Source: Octopus vulgaris (taxonomy: Eukaryota). From it: a stretch of DNA of 64,000 nt. The position numbers were made by a program, and so were the translations under genes. The stretch spans positions 215,760,001 through 215,824,000 of the forward strand of contig OX597814.1 of the NCBI GenBank assembly GCA_951406725.2, given 5' to 3'. Positions within the stretch are counted from its first letter, which is position 1. The number at the start of each line of letters is the position of its first letter. Shown here one piece after another: positions 1 through 11,249 of the stretch. The notes under the pieces are model-generated. The model was given only the letters and a program-made list of their open reading frames with translations, did no database searches and was not told where the DNA came from.

Positions 1-138
1 ATAATTCTGAGATTGAATCGGCAGTTTATATTTACTGCTGATAAGTTTGGCGCGAATACGTCAGTCTTGAAAATTTTAAGACAGATATTCCCTAGGCATC
101 GATACAGACGCCTCGTGTATATTTGTCTCTCCCAGGTT

Positions 139-236
139 TTTTACTGATGAAGTGTAACCTATGGTAGATTAGCTTAATTTAATTTAATTAAGCTAATTTA
201 ATCATTAATGACACAGAAACGTTGCAACGTCTAAAA
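139..236 (+). ncRNA. Type I hammerhead ribozyme-like motif with extended stem II
   Basis: TTTTA-CTGATGA(144-150)-A-GTGT...ACAC-A-GAAAC(216-220)-GTTGCAAC-GTC-TAAAA. Stem I is TTTTA/TAAAA. Stem III is the 12-nt palindrome ACGTTGCAACGT. Stem II contains the perfect hairpin ATTAGCTTAATT/AATTAAGCTAAT. The 10.1-11.1 pair is an A-A mismatch. Confidence 0.7.
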
Positions 237-455
237 GATGAATTAGGGTAAATGTTTTTGAATTTTCACCTAATTTTTGAATTACTACTACTTGGCGGTG
301 TGAGTTATGGCTGCTCTTTCTGGTGGACGAATGACCTGTTAGGGTCATTCCTAAATTGTTATATTTATATACTTAGTCGTTGACTATTTTCTCTTTTCCA
401 CTAGGCCGTTGGTAGCGATAAATTTCTATTGAATTTTTTTGCTACCCTAAATTGA

Positions 456-518
<63 letters not shown>

Positions 519-524
<6 letters not shown>

Positions 525-1685
525 GCTGTTGACATCGTTTTATTGGACTTTGCCAAAGCTTTTGACTCGGTAAACCACCGCCTATTACTTGTCAAGCTTC
601 AAGCATATACTTTCTATCCGGATATTATACGATGGGTTGGTGCCTTCCTCTCAGATCGCTCCTTCCAAGTCCAAGTTAAGGGTTCGCGGTCCGACGTCTC
701 CAGTGCGAGCAGTGGCGTGCCTCAAGGTTCAGTGCTTGGGCCCTTGTTGTTCTTAGTCTTCATAAATGACTTGCCCGACGACCTCACGCAACAGACCCTT
801 CTATTTGCCGACGATATCAAACTGGTCGCTCCTCGCGGTAATATAGAGGATCTTCGTCGATGCCTCCACCAAATTTGGAAGTGGTCTAACGATTGGGACC
901 TGTGTCTGAACGTGTCAAAGTGCTGTCATCTGCCTGTCGGCTCTACTCCTGCAACTCAACTTGATTTCGAGCCGGGTCGTCTGCTGCTGGAGAGGACCGA
1001 TCAGGTAAAGGACCTGGGTATCTTGGTGGATTCCTCCTTTTCGCCTTCGGCCCAGTGCGTCCATGCTGCCAATAAAGCACGCGGAATTCTGTTCTTGATT
1101 CGACGGTCATTCGGAATGCTCACAGCAGCCATATTCCTACCACTCTATGTCACGCTGGTGAGACCTATATTGGAGTATGGGATTCAGGCCTCTTCTCCTT
1201 ATCTCCTCAAAGACATACAGCATCTCGAAAGAGTCCAGAGGCTGGCTACCCGCATGGTTCATGGTCTCAAAAATTTGTCCTACGAAGAAAGGCTGAGGAC
1301 GCTCGACCTTTATTCTCTTGAAAAACGCCGCTGCCGTGGTGATCTCATTCTCGCCCACAACATTATAAGCGGAAAGTGTAACGTCTCGAAAGAGCTGTTC
1401 TTCACTCCTGCTCCAGAGCGTCGGCTGCGGGGTCATTCCGAAAAGCTCTACCTGCGACGATTTCATCTCAATCGAAGGAGAGGAGCTTTCTCCGTCCGGG
1501 TTGCGGATCCGTGGAACAAGCTGCCAGACGAGATGGTGAAGATGCCGACGACCGCTTTGTTCAAAGCCTCCCTGGACCTCAAGTGGCCTGAACTCTTTAC
1601 ATGAACACCACCCTGTACTTAACTCCATGTCCCCCTACATGGCGTTGCTATTTGTTTTTGAGCCAAATTAACTAACTAACTAACT
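519..1685 (+). mobile_element. 5'-truncated CR1/L2-type LINE (RT C-terminal half, 3' UTR, (TAAC)n tail)
   Basis: ORF 543-1604 has DFAKAFDSV, SGVPQGSVLGPLLF, FADD, DLGI, LVRPILEY and WNKLP motifs. It ends in TAAC repeats. Confidence 0.93.
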
Positions 1686-1689
1686 TAAA

Positions 1690-2006
1690 AAGACTCCGCC
1701 GGTTACGACGACGAGGGTCCCAGCTGATACGATCAACGGAACAGCTTGCTCGTGAAATTAACGTGCAAATGGCTGAGCATTCCACGTGTACCCTTAACGT
1801 AGTTCTCGGGGAAAATCAGCGTGACACAGAGAGTGACAAGGCTGACCCTTTGAAATACAAGTACAACTCATTTTTGCCAGCTGAGTGGACTGGAGCAACG
1901 TGAAATAAAGTGTCTTGCTCAGGGACACAACGCGTCGCTGGGAATCGAACTCACAACCTTACGATCATGAGCCGAATGCCCTAACCACTAAGCCACGCGC
2001 CCTCAC
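1690..2006 (-). mobile_element. tRNA-derived SINE inserted in the LINE (TAAC)n tail
   Basis: The minus strand begins GAGGGCGCGTGGCTTAGTGG (A box) ... GAGTTCGATTCC (B box) ... GTGTCCCTGAGCAAGACACTT. TAAC repeats lie on both sides. Confidence 0.85.
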
Positions 2007-2411
2007 CTTACTAACTAACTAACTAACTAACATATATATATGAGTGTGTGTGTGTGTATTTATATATATATATACATGTGTACGTATGTATATATATATA
2101 TGTATATATACATATATGTGTGTGTGTAAGTATATGTATATACATAGAGAGAAAGAGAAAGAGAGAGAGAGATGAGAGATAGGCGAAACCTATCTCACCA
2201 TGTATTTTATTCGCAATCGACTGATGAGCTAGTACTTACGTAACAAGTTGTGATGTAACCATTCGAAATATATATGTATCACATACATTCGGAATATCAA
2301 TAATTGGTTCGTGATAATTTTGTAATAATATAAGACTCATGTTAAAATCAATCTAGCTTATCGAAAATATCTGGTAAACTGTACAATGTCAAGGCATACG
2401 ACTGAATATTT

Positions 2412-2499
<88 letters not shown>

Positions 2500-2605
2500 C
2501 AGAATGTTTTACCCTTCCAAAACACGAATGTCAACAACTTTACAAGAATACAAATCACATTGTCCATTTTTTTTTTTTGTATATCTTAAGAGTTTATATA
2601 TATAC

Positions 2606-2828
2606 TCTTACTCTTGACTCTTTTACTTATTTCAGTCATTTTTGACTGTGGCCATGCTGGAGCACCGCCTTTAGTCGAGAAAATCGACCCCAGGACTTAT
2701 TTTTTTGTAAGCCTAGTACTTATTATATTGGTCTCTTTTGCCGAACCGCTTAGTTACGGGGACGTAAACCCACCAGCATCGGTTCTCAAGCGATGTTGGG
2801 GGGGGGGGGGACACAGACACACAAACAT

Positions 2829-2872
<44 letters not shown>

Positions 2873-3038
2873 GCGACGGGCTTCTTTCAGTTTCCGTCTA
2901 CCAAATCCACTCACAAGGTTTTGGTCGGCGCGAGGCTATAGTCGAAGACACTTGCCTAAGGTGCTACTCAGTGGAACTGAACCCGAAACCGTGTGGTTCG
3001 TAAGCAAGTTACTTACCACACAGCCACTCCTACGCCTA
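2606..3038 (-). mobile_element. tRNA-derived SINE with internal (TA)n(TG)n tract and (AAGAGT)-type tail
   Basis: Near-identical in reverse complement to 35266-35692, with A/B-box-like head GGAGTGGCTGTGTGGTAAG...GGGTTCAGTTCC. Confidence 0.85.
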
Positions 3039-3736
3039 TATATATACATGCATATACACATGCATATATAACATATATATTATATAACAGGAGAAAAATA
3101 TTTATTCAAAACTTCCTAAGTACAGCGTCTACGCGCTTGAGTGTGTGTGCATATATATATATGTGTGTGTGTGTGTGTGTACATATATGTATGTGTGTGT
3201 GTGTATGTAAATATATATATATGTAAGTATGCACGTATGTATATAGTAGGTATGTGTCACTGCGCGCGTTCGTGTGTACTAATATTTTAACACTTGAAGC
3301 GTCAATGGTTTTTTCGATTCTGAGAGTGCAAATGTGTTCGTGTTTTTAGATATAGTGACTACTGAATTTTCAAGTTTCAATTTTTATCTTGCTTCTCTTT
3401 TTTCTTTCTTTTTCGAATATTAGCTTTTATTGTATAAGTATTTTTCGATGATGTATTCTCTAACGCTATTGAATTATTTTCCGTCAATTTATTTATTCGA
3501 ATTTTTTTTCGTTCCGAAGAAGTGGCGAGTATTTGAATTTTTTTTCATCTGGTGAATGTTTTCAACCGAAACAATTGTAATATATGAAATGTGAGTATTG
3601 CAACCAATAAACATAACTTTTGGGGAAGCGCTTAAATAACATAAAGCATCTTCCTAGTAGGCATTTTGTGCTGCAATACATCGTGTAGAGTTCTAATTAC
3701 ATCGTTACATGTGTTTTTAAACACTTTTATACAAAA

Positions 3737-4121
3737 CTAGCAGTATCGCCCGGCGTTGCTCAGGTTTGTAAGGGAAATAACTATAAAGCATCTTTAGAGA
3801 GTTATAGCCAAAAAATAGCAAAAAAATGGAAAAAAATTATGGTAAATTTTTTTTGAGAGTAAAAAAAGGTTGAGTTGCGTCCCCTAGACAGTCTGTGGTT
3901 TGTTTTTTTTTATTCTCGACCCCATGTCGAATTTATCGATTTTTTTCAGAACTGGGGGAACTTTTCAAAATTTTCGCTGCGTTAGTTTTGAATTATGACA
4001 TTGGGCTATGTGTGTGTCAAGTTTCATCAGAATCGGTTGAAAGCCGTGGTCAGGGTGAGGGTACGAGAAAACAGACACACAGAAACACGCACAGACAAAC
4101 TGCCGTTTATATATAGAGAGA
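3737..4121 (-). mobile_element. Non-autonomous Helitron
   Basis: The minus strand starts A|TCTCTCTATATATAAAC and ends in a GC hairpin (CCTGAGCAACGCCGGG) followed by ATACTGCTAG|T. The 3' ~80 bp are shared with the 31.3-32.8 kb copies. Confidence 0.8.
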
Positions 4122-4504
4122 TGATTTTTACTCCTCCGAGTTGACTCTAAATACAGTGTGCCAGTAAACATTATAGTGGAATGTTACTAAAGAACATACC
4201 GATTCCTCGCAAAAAGGAATAGAAATATTACAAATTCAAAAAGAATGAATAATGTTATTGTAAGGATTAGATGGTGTGCATACCATTTTGATAAGTAAGA
4301 TAAATTTCCTCACAACAAACATATGAACAGTAAAAATACATCCTTTCTATAAGTATCATGAGAATCTACACTAGATGTACAAATATTTAGATTGGTTGGA
4401 GCCAATCTAAATTTATAATTAATGCGTGGTTGACCAAAGCCTTGGGGGCTTCGTATATTTGTATCCCAACGTCACTTTGATGGAGTGTTGCTACCTGCTC
4501 ATTC

Positions 4505-4535
<31 letters not shown>

Positions 4536-5469
4536 GTAATAGCGGGAATTTTGATACTACTAATACAAAAAGAACTACAAGAAGGAATGTTATATGCCTA
4601 AGGCATATTTCTATATACATGAAATTTATTTTCTGCCACAGCATAGATACCGCACTATTTTTAGCACTTATACGGTGAAACTTTCGTACTCAGCCACTCG
4701 AAACTTAATTGATATCAGTACTGCTTCTAACTATTATAAACTAAATTGAGTCAGTAATGATAAAACAAACTAATTTATGCATTTATCAAAAAACTACAAA
4801 GGATATCTTAATGGAAATTGTAATCATAGTTGTTAGAGCTCAACTGTTTAAGACGCGGAGATAGGTAAACCAATTGTTTAAGTTAATTTTATAAATATAA
4901 TTTAACGCTATTTCACTTTTTCGTAACGTTATTTCCTCACGTAACTTGACTGTCACAGTATCTAGTTGCATAATCGTTTGTATATTTCTATAATTTCTAT
5001 AACACTAACATATCAGTTTTTTAATAGTACACACCAAATTCATAAGAATTACATAATAACATATTACCTATAACTGTAAAACGTAAAAATTTATATTTAA
5101 ATTTTCACACCTGCATGAATTTCTTTTGTCAGTATTCAGATAGGTAACACTTAAACATTTTCAGTTTTTTCTATGTTCGTATTTCATGATTTTAAATAAA
5201 TTGCATTTCTTCAAATATTTTAAACTCCTCACCTCACCATATTATACATAATTTTCCTCTCTTACCTCCCTTCCTTCTTTCTACCTTGTTCTCCACCTCT
5301 TTACGCCTAGCCTTCTTACAACTCTGAAGAAATTCTTCACAAAGATTGAAGCAATGTACATCCAACGTCTTCTTTATTTATTTAAGTATATGTATATTAC
5401 TCTATGAATTTCAGCTGAGTTCTCTGCTTACGCTGCGGTTTGTTTATACTATAACGCAATAACCATTAT

Positions 5470-5615
5470 ATACATACATACATACATATATACATACATA
5501 CATACATACATACATACATACATACATACATACATACATACATACATACATACATACATACCATAACACGATAGCCATTATATACATTCATACATACATA
5601 CCTACATACATACAT
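5470..5615. repeat. (TACA)n microsatellite
   Basis: Direct reading of the tetranucleotide run. Confidence 0.95.
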
Positions 5616-5725
5616 TAAAGAATCTACAGCTACACTATCCAGATTACGGGCGGACGGCGAACGCCGAGCTAAGGCATGCGCCTTGAGGTTGAGAGGCTTT
5701 TGGAAAACAACTCGGGTCCGGCTAC

Positions 5726-5805
5726 GGTTCTGGCTTAGAGGCGTTCAGCCGTTATCGCTCAGAGGCAGCCTGGCACCACCGCTCTATCGAGCGAGCGCGC
5801 AAACC
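5726..5805 (-). other. 28S (LSU) rRNA-like segment (region 3' of the sarcin-ricin loop); not an rRNA gene
   Basis: Minus strand GATAACGGCTGAACGCCTCTAAGCCAGAACC resembles the conserved eukaryotic LSU sequence GATTATGACTGAACGCCTCTAAGTCAGAATC. The flanks are not rDNA-like. Confidence 0.7.
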
Positions 5806-5879
5806 GTTGTTTTCGCCGGGAGTCTGTAATTATTGGGGCAATGGGATATGTAACACACTGCCTAAATACCAATTTTATA

Positions 5880-6062
5880 ATAATCCAGAATCCTTGTCAT
5901 AATCTAATCAGTTCGTGCCAGTCGCGGGGCTGAACATCCTTGAAAGCTTCATCTGAATCCATCCTGTGGTTCTTGAGATATCTTGTCTAAGGACAAACCA
6001 ACAAACCAACAAACAAACACGACTGAAAACAATACCTTGGCCTTCGCTAAGACAGAGGTAAT
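5880..6062 (+). mobile_element. Helentron/DINE-like non-autonomous element, 3' part
   Basis: Short (CAAA)n tract followed by GAAAACAATACCT...AGAGGTAA with a terminal hairpin, a layout typical of such elements. Confidence 0.4.
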
Positions 6063-6367
6063 AATAATAATGTCAGAAGAAATGAAGGAATTGTTCCTTA
6101 GTTTTATTTACATAGATAAACTCTATACGAAAATTTCTTAAATATAATAACGTAAAAATTCTAATTTATCTTCTTTATATTATATTTTGTATCATTTCCT
6201 TGGAGACTTTCTGTACTTGTATACAAATTATATAAACTAAGGAACAATTCCTCAATTTCTTCTGACTAACCTTATTGTTATTATTACGAGTGTGAGTATG
6301 TGTTCGTGTCTGTGTGTGTGTGTTCGTGTGTGTGCGTGTGTGTGTGTGTGTGTGTCTGTGTGTGTGT

Positions 6368-6399
<32 letters not shown>

Positions 6400-6780
6400 T
6401 CGTGTGTGTGTGTGTGTGTGTGTGTGTGGAAGTTGTGTTCCTTTAGCAAGTTATTTGCTCTGAAATCTTATATTGGAACTTGACCTAATACATTGTGAAA
6501 GATTCATGGGTATTTGAAGCACACAGATACTGCTATACGCATTTCCTGTTTTTTTTTTTTTTTTTTTTTTTTTCACTTTCCGTATAGTATTATATGCTAT
6601 ATGAAAGTGGTGACCCAATATGCCTGCAATCATTTGATTGAAACCAAGAAAATAGGAAAGCGTAAAAGTTCAAATATTTGTCGTTCATCTATGTTCTAAC
6701 TACTGACACTATCCTACAATGAAATAGTTGAATACACACGCACACAAACTTACACATACTCACACACATACATACTTACA

Positions 6781-6836
<56 letters not shown>

Positions 6837-6850
6837 CATACATACACCTA

Positions 6851-6896
<46 letters not shown>

Positions 6897-6910
6897 CATA
6901 CATACACCTA

Positions 6911-6950
<40 letters not shown>

Positions 6951-6984
6951 CATACACATACTAATATATATATATATATACATA

Positions 6985-7023
<39 letters not shown>

Positions 7024-7721
7024 CACATGTATATAGTAATTTATTAATATGTATCTATATTTATTTATATATACATATATGTATATATTTATTAATATAT
7101 CTATATATATATATATATATATACATATATATATGTATGTGTTATTTACGTGTATGTATGTATGTATATATATATATATATATCTTTGTGTATGTATATG
7201 GAATAGAATTATTGAGAAATGTATAGATTCCAATAACATTCCATGCAATGAAAACGTATTTCTTATTTCTTTCTCCAATTTATGTTGCAATATGACATAA
7301 AGTCGAAAACAGAGCACATTTTCTCATTTACCTTTTTTGTCTCTACTCAAGAATCTCACCATAATTTCTAGTGCTATGCTAAAATTTGACAGAAGATCTA
7401 ACTTGAAAGCTTTATTAACTTTCTTATTTTATTTTCCATGGTTTGGTAATGACAGCTTTAATTGAACAACAAAATAAACGTCAGATTGATGGATTAAATA
7501 TTTTGTGCAATATTCAATATTCCATTTTTTTTTTCTGCATTCTCAGTTCAAATAGCATCGAAGTTAGTTTTACTCGTAAAAATAACAACAGTACATTTTT
7601 AATTCTATTAACTGACTATGCTTCTTCTAGAAATAATACCTGTGACAGTGCGTTTCTATTTATTGGTAAAACTCATCTACAAACACAGCCTTCTACCTAA
7701 ACGAAATCATTATTTTTCCGT

Positions 7722-8085
7722 CAGGCGGCGAGCTGGCAGAATCGTTAGCGGCACTTCGTCTGTCTTTATGTTCTGAGTTCAAATTCTGCCGTAGATAAAA
7801 TAAGTACAAACTGAGTGCTGGGGTCGGTGTAATTAAATTAGCACCTCCCCGAAATTGCTGGCCTTGTGCCAAAATTTGAAACCATTATTGTCTTTCTGAA
7901 GGTGGTGTGCTGGCAGAATCTTTAGCGTGTTGCACACAATGCCTAGCAGCATTTCTTCTGGCTTTTTGCGTACTGAGTTCAAATTCCACCGAGACCGACT
8001 TTTCGTTCATCATTTCGATGAATCGGGGTCGATGTAATCGACTTGCTCCTTCCCCCAAATTTTTCAAATCCTTCGCCTAGAGTAG
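7722..8085 (+). mobile_element. Two adjacent degraded copies of a SINE family (AGGCGGCGAGCTGGCAGAATCGTTAG head)
   Basis: The shared head and GAGTTCAAATTCC B box recur at 18200, 52193 and 55800 (minus). Confidence 0.8.
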
Positions 8086-8289
8086 AAATAATAATCATTA
8101 TTTACTTTTCATCTGCATGTTTGTTACAATCACTTGCCGAGTCACACCCAGCATCCTAGGGCGAGTGAAGGATAAGAGATGTTACAGTATGACTGAAAGC
8201 TTGAGGAGGGCAAGTGGCAAGGGCAGTAGTGAAATATCTTCATGTAATACAAGACATTTAAATTGATTGGGTTTTTCTAAGGATGTGGG

Positions 8290-9216
8290 TAGTACTTGTC
8301 AGCACAATCTTTTGAGTTTCTCTACGGCATGGTTCTCCAGGGATATTATCTAAATGTTTCTGACATCCCTTTCTTATCATACCAAGAACACCCACAATAA
8401 TAGGAACAGTTCTCTCTTTAAGATGCCACATCTTTTGTATTTCTATTTCCAGGTCCTTATATTTACTTAATTTGTCAAATTTCTTTACAGATATATTTTT
8501 TTATCTGTGGGAACACTTACATCTATTAGTCTACAAGTATTTTCTTCCTTGTCTTTAATGACTATGTCTGGTCATTTAGCCTGGATCGTTCTGTCGGTGT
8601 TGACTGGAAAATCCCAGAGGATAGAGACATTTTTACCTTCAACGACTGGCTCAGTGTGATGTTCATACCAATAAGCAGGAGTGATGATTTTGTAGTGTTT
8701 CCATATTTTCCAATGTAAATACGGTCTTATCCTATCCTTGCGATTTTTGTATTCGCTTGGTGTCAGCACAGAACATCCCGAGACGAGATGGTGTATTGTT
8801 TCATCAAATATATAGCAGAATCTGAATTTAGGGTCAGAACCGTTTTGAAGAACGTTAGGACTGGTAGTTTTTACTAAGCAAGCTTTGGTCTTGTGCCGCT
8901 AATATGAAACGCTCAGTCTCTGCTTTCAACCCTGAGATTCTCAGCCATTGATGGGTTGTTGCTTGGTCTACATCAGCATTTCGGCTTCGAAGTATATACT
9001 GTCCATGCAGAGGCTTCTAGTTCCACCACTCCTCAATTTGTTTCTGACCGTTCTTTTTTGCAGTCTTTTTGATCCGTTTTGCTTTTTTTTTCGTGGCAAC
9101 GGTTTCAGGTTCTTCATCTAATTCAGGGTTAATGCCAAATTCCCTTGAAAATCTGCAAGCTTCCTTGACAATAGAATTTGATTTTTTGCTGCTTTCGTGT
9201 TTGCACATAAGCCGCA

Positions 9217-9217
<1 letters not shown>
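8290..9217 (-). mobile_element. Dong/R4-type LINE 3' fragment (CCHC zinc knuckle + restriction-like endonuclease), degraded
   Basis: Frames include EYKNRKDRI, WYEHHTEPVVEGKNVSILWDFPVNTDRTI and a PD..IDVS.P..KY-type motif. Confidence 0.85.
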
Positions 9218-9279
<62 letters not shown>

Positions 9280-9280
9280 C

Positions 9281-9727
9281 ATGTTTTTTCCTTCTTTCTT
9301 CAAATTTTCTTCCGTTTCTCGCCGAGTGTTTTCCATACACCTAGGGCAGAGAAGCTCATTCTATGCATTCCCAGATTACACACGCAAATTCACAGGTAAA
9401 ATATGTATTTAAAAATTAATAAATAAATAAATTCATGGATGGATGTTGTTTTCACTGCAATAATGCTCTTCTCAGTACACGTGCCGTTCAAGTTAATACG
9501 ATTTTTTGCACTTCCTGTAGGGATGGTAAGCCTGGAATCATTTTCAAATAGGTTTCAGTACCTTTTTTCATCATTCCTAGAGATCCTACAATCACTGGTA
9601 CTGTAGTCGCCTTGAGATGCCACATTTTAAAAATTTCTATTAGCAAGTTTTTATATTTACTAATCTTGTCAAATTCTTTCGCCGCTATATTGTGATCGCA
9701 AGGGATACTCATGTCAATTAATAAACA
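9281..9727 (-). mobile_element. Short 5'-truncated Dong/R4 copy flanked by (TAA)n on both sides
   Basis: IDMSIPCDHNIAAKEFDKISKYK...PVIVGSLG plus a 3' UTR matching 17165-17330 and 62390-62450. Confidence 0.85.
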
Positions 9728-9750
9728 TTATTATTATTATTATTATTATT

Positions 9751-9835
<85 letters not shown>

Positions 9836-10181
9836 GTATTATTATCAATTACTTTATTTCAAATTTATCTGGAAGGTACATTTAATTTTGTCCATTTTTT
9901 TTTCAATTTTTTTTTTCAATTCTAAAACAGAACTAACTTTCATCAGCCAATCTACTGAAAGCATCTAATTACTTCACAATAAAAATTACTGCTGTTAAAA
10001 TATTAAATATCATTTCCGAATTAAGTTACATTAAGTATTTGTGATTTTATGCAAAATTTTGTGTTTGCGAAATTGTTCGTGAATGTTTATACATAAGCAT
10101 ACGTGTGTGATTGTGTGTGTGCGCGCGCGTATGTTTGTCTGCGTGTGTGTATGTTTGTGTGTGTGGGTGTACGTGTGTGTA

Positions 10182-10228
<47 letters not shown>

Positions 10229-10310
10229 CAATGATTTTGCGTGGAGAGAGAAAAAGACACTAAATAATTGATATTATACACACACGTGAATACACACACA
10301 TACATACACA

Positions 10311-10349
<39 letters not shown>

Positions 10350-10431
10350 ATATAGTATCATTTGAATTTTGAAGCCGAAGTAAATGCATAACACCAAGTA
10401 ATTATAGATATCTGTATGTGTGCGTGTGTTT

Positions 10432-10497
<66 letters not shown>

Positions 10498-10690
10498 CAG
10501 TGTATGTGTGAGCGTCTGCAAGAATGTATTATACATGATGTGTTTGAGTTTATGTGTATCTATATATGAATAACATATGTATAAATAACACATATATTGC
10601 TAGAAATAAGAGTTAAAAGCATTAGAACTTCAACGAACCACATTTCCATATGCTGACAGGGGAGATAACTCTCAAAAGCGAAGCTAGATC

Positions 10691-10776
10691 ACTGGATTAG
10701 ATTAGTTTCGCCTGTAGAATTACAGGCGCTTCAGCATCGACTAATCCATTGCCGAATGGTTTTGGCTAAATCCAGT
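10691..10776 (-). ncRNA. Type III-like hammerhead variant inside a multibranch fold
   Basis: Minus: GATTAG-TC-GATG-CTGAAGC-GCCTGTA-attc-TACAGGC-GAAA-CTAATC. Stem II has 7 bp and stem III has 7 bp, but A9 is C and stem I is vestigial. The outer stem is ACTGGATT/AATCCAGT. Confidence 0.5.
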
Positions 10777-11002
10777 CAGTATATATATGATGTTCATATA
10801 TATATATATATTTATATTATATAAAAGGGCTTAGTAAAATAAATTACTTTGCCGCATACTGAACTCATTAGAAATAGCAGCTAAAACACTTTTTTAAAAC
10901 TATTTCTAATACTTAAAGAAAACCTCTCTCATATAGTGCTTGCTCAACTCAACCCACGAAAGTTTGGGGGTAAAGACATCAAAAAATCAAATGCAAAGGT
11001 TA

Positions 11003-11060
11003 TTTGAGAACGTACGTTTCAAGATTAGTCAACACGACACTTCTATCATCAGCTCAGAAA
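11003..11060 (-). ncRNA. Minimal type I hammerhead ribozyme motif
   Basis: Minus: TGAG-CTGATGA-TAGAAGTGTCGTGTTGACTAATCTT-GAAAC-GTAC-GTT-CTCA. Stem I is TGAG/CTCA and stem III is the palindrome ACGTACGT. The core is intact, with a U-U 10.1-11.1 pair. Confidence 0.75.
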
Positions 11061-11186
11061 CTCCTTGGTTTGGATTTGAAAACACTGAAAGTGAGAGCAT
11101 ACCCTTTCGGCTTCTCATCGCTTTCGAAGATCTGCTCGTAACTAACATATAAATATAAAATAATATGTTACATTACTCGATAGTCA

Positions 11187-11249
11187 AGATAAAACTCTGA
11201 GTTTCAGATGCCGAAGTGGGAATCCACAACGCCATCTCTTCGGTTATCT
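11187..11249 (-). ncRNA. Type I hammerhead ribozyme motif with a U4C core variant
   Basis: Minus: AGATAA-CCGAAGA-GATG...CATC-T-GAAAC-TCAGA-GTT-TTATCT. Stem I is a perfect 6 bp and stem III is the near-palindrome ACTC-A-GAGT. Confidence 0.65.

Noticed and set aside
33-66. ACTG-CTGATAAG...CGAATACGT-CAGT as a second hammerhead
   Set aside because: Two core substitutions and no convincing stem II.
5726-5805. Functional rRNA gene
   Set aside because: Only 80 nt are rRNA-like and the flanks are unrelated to rDNA.
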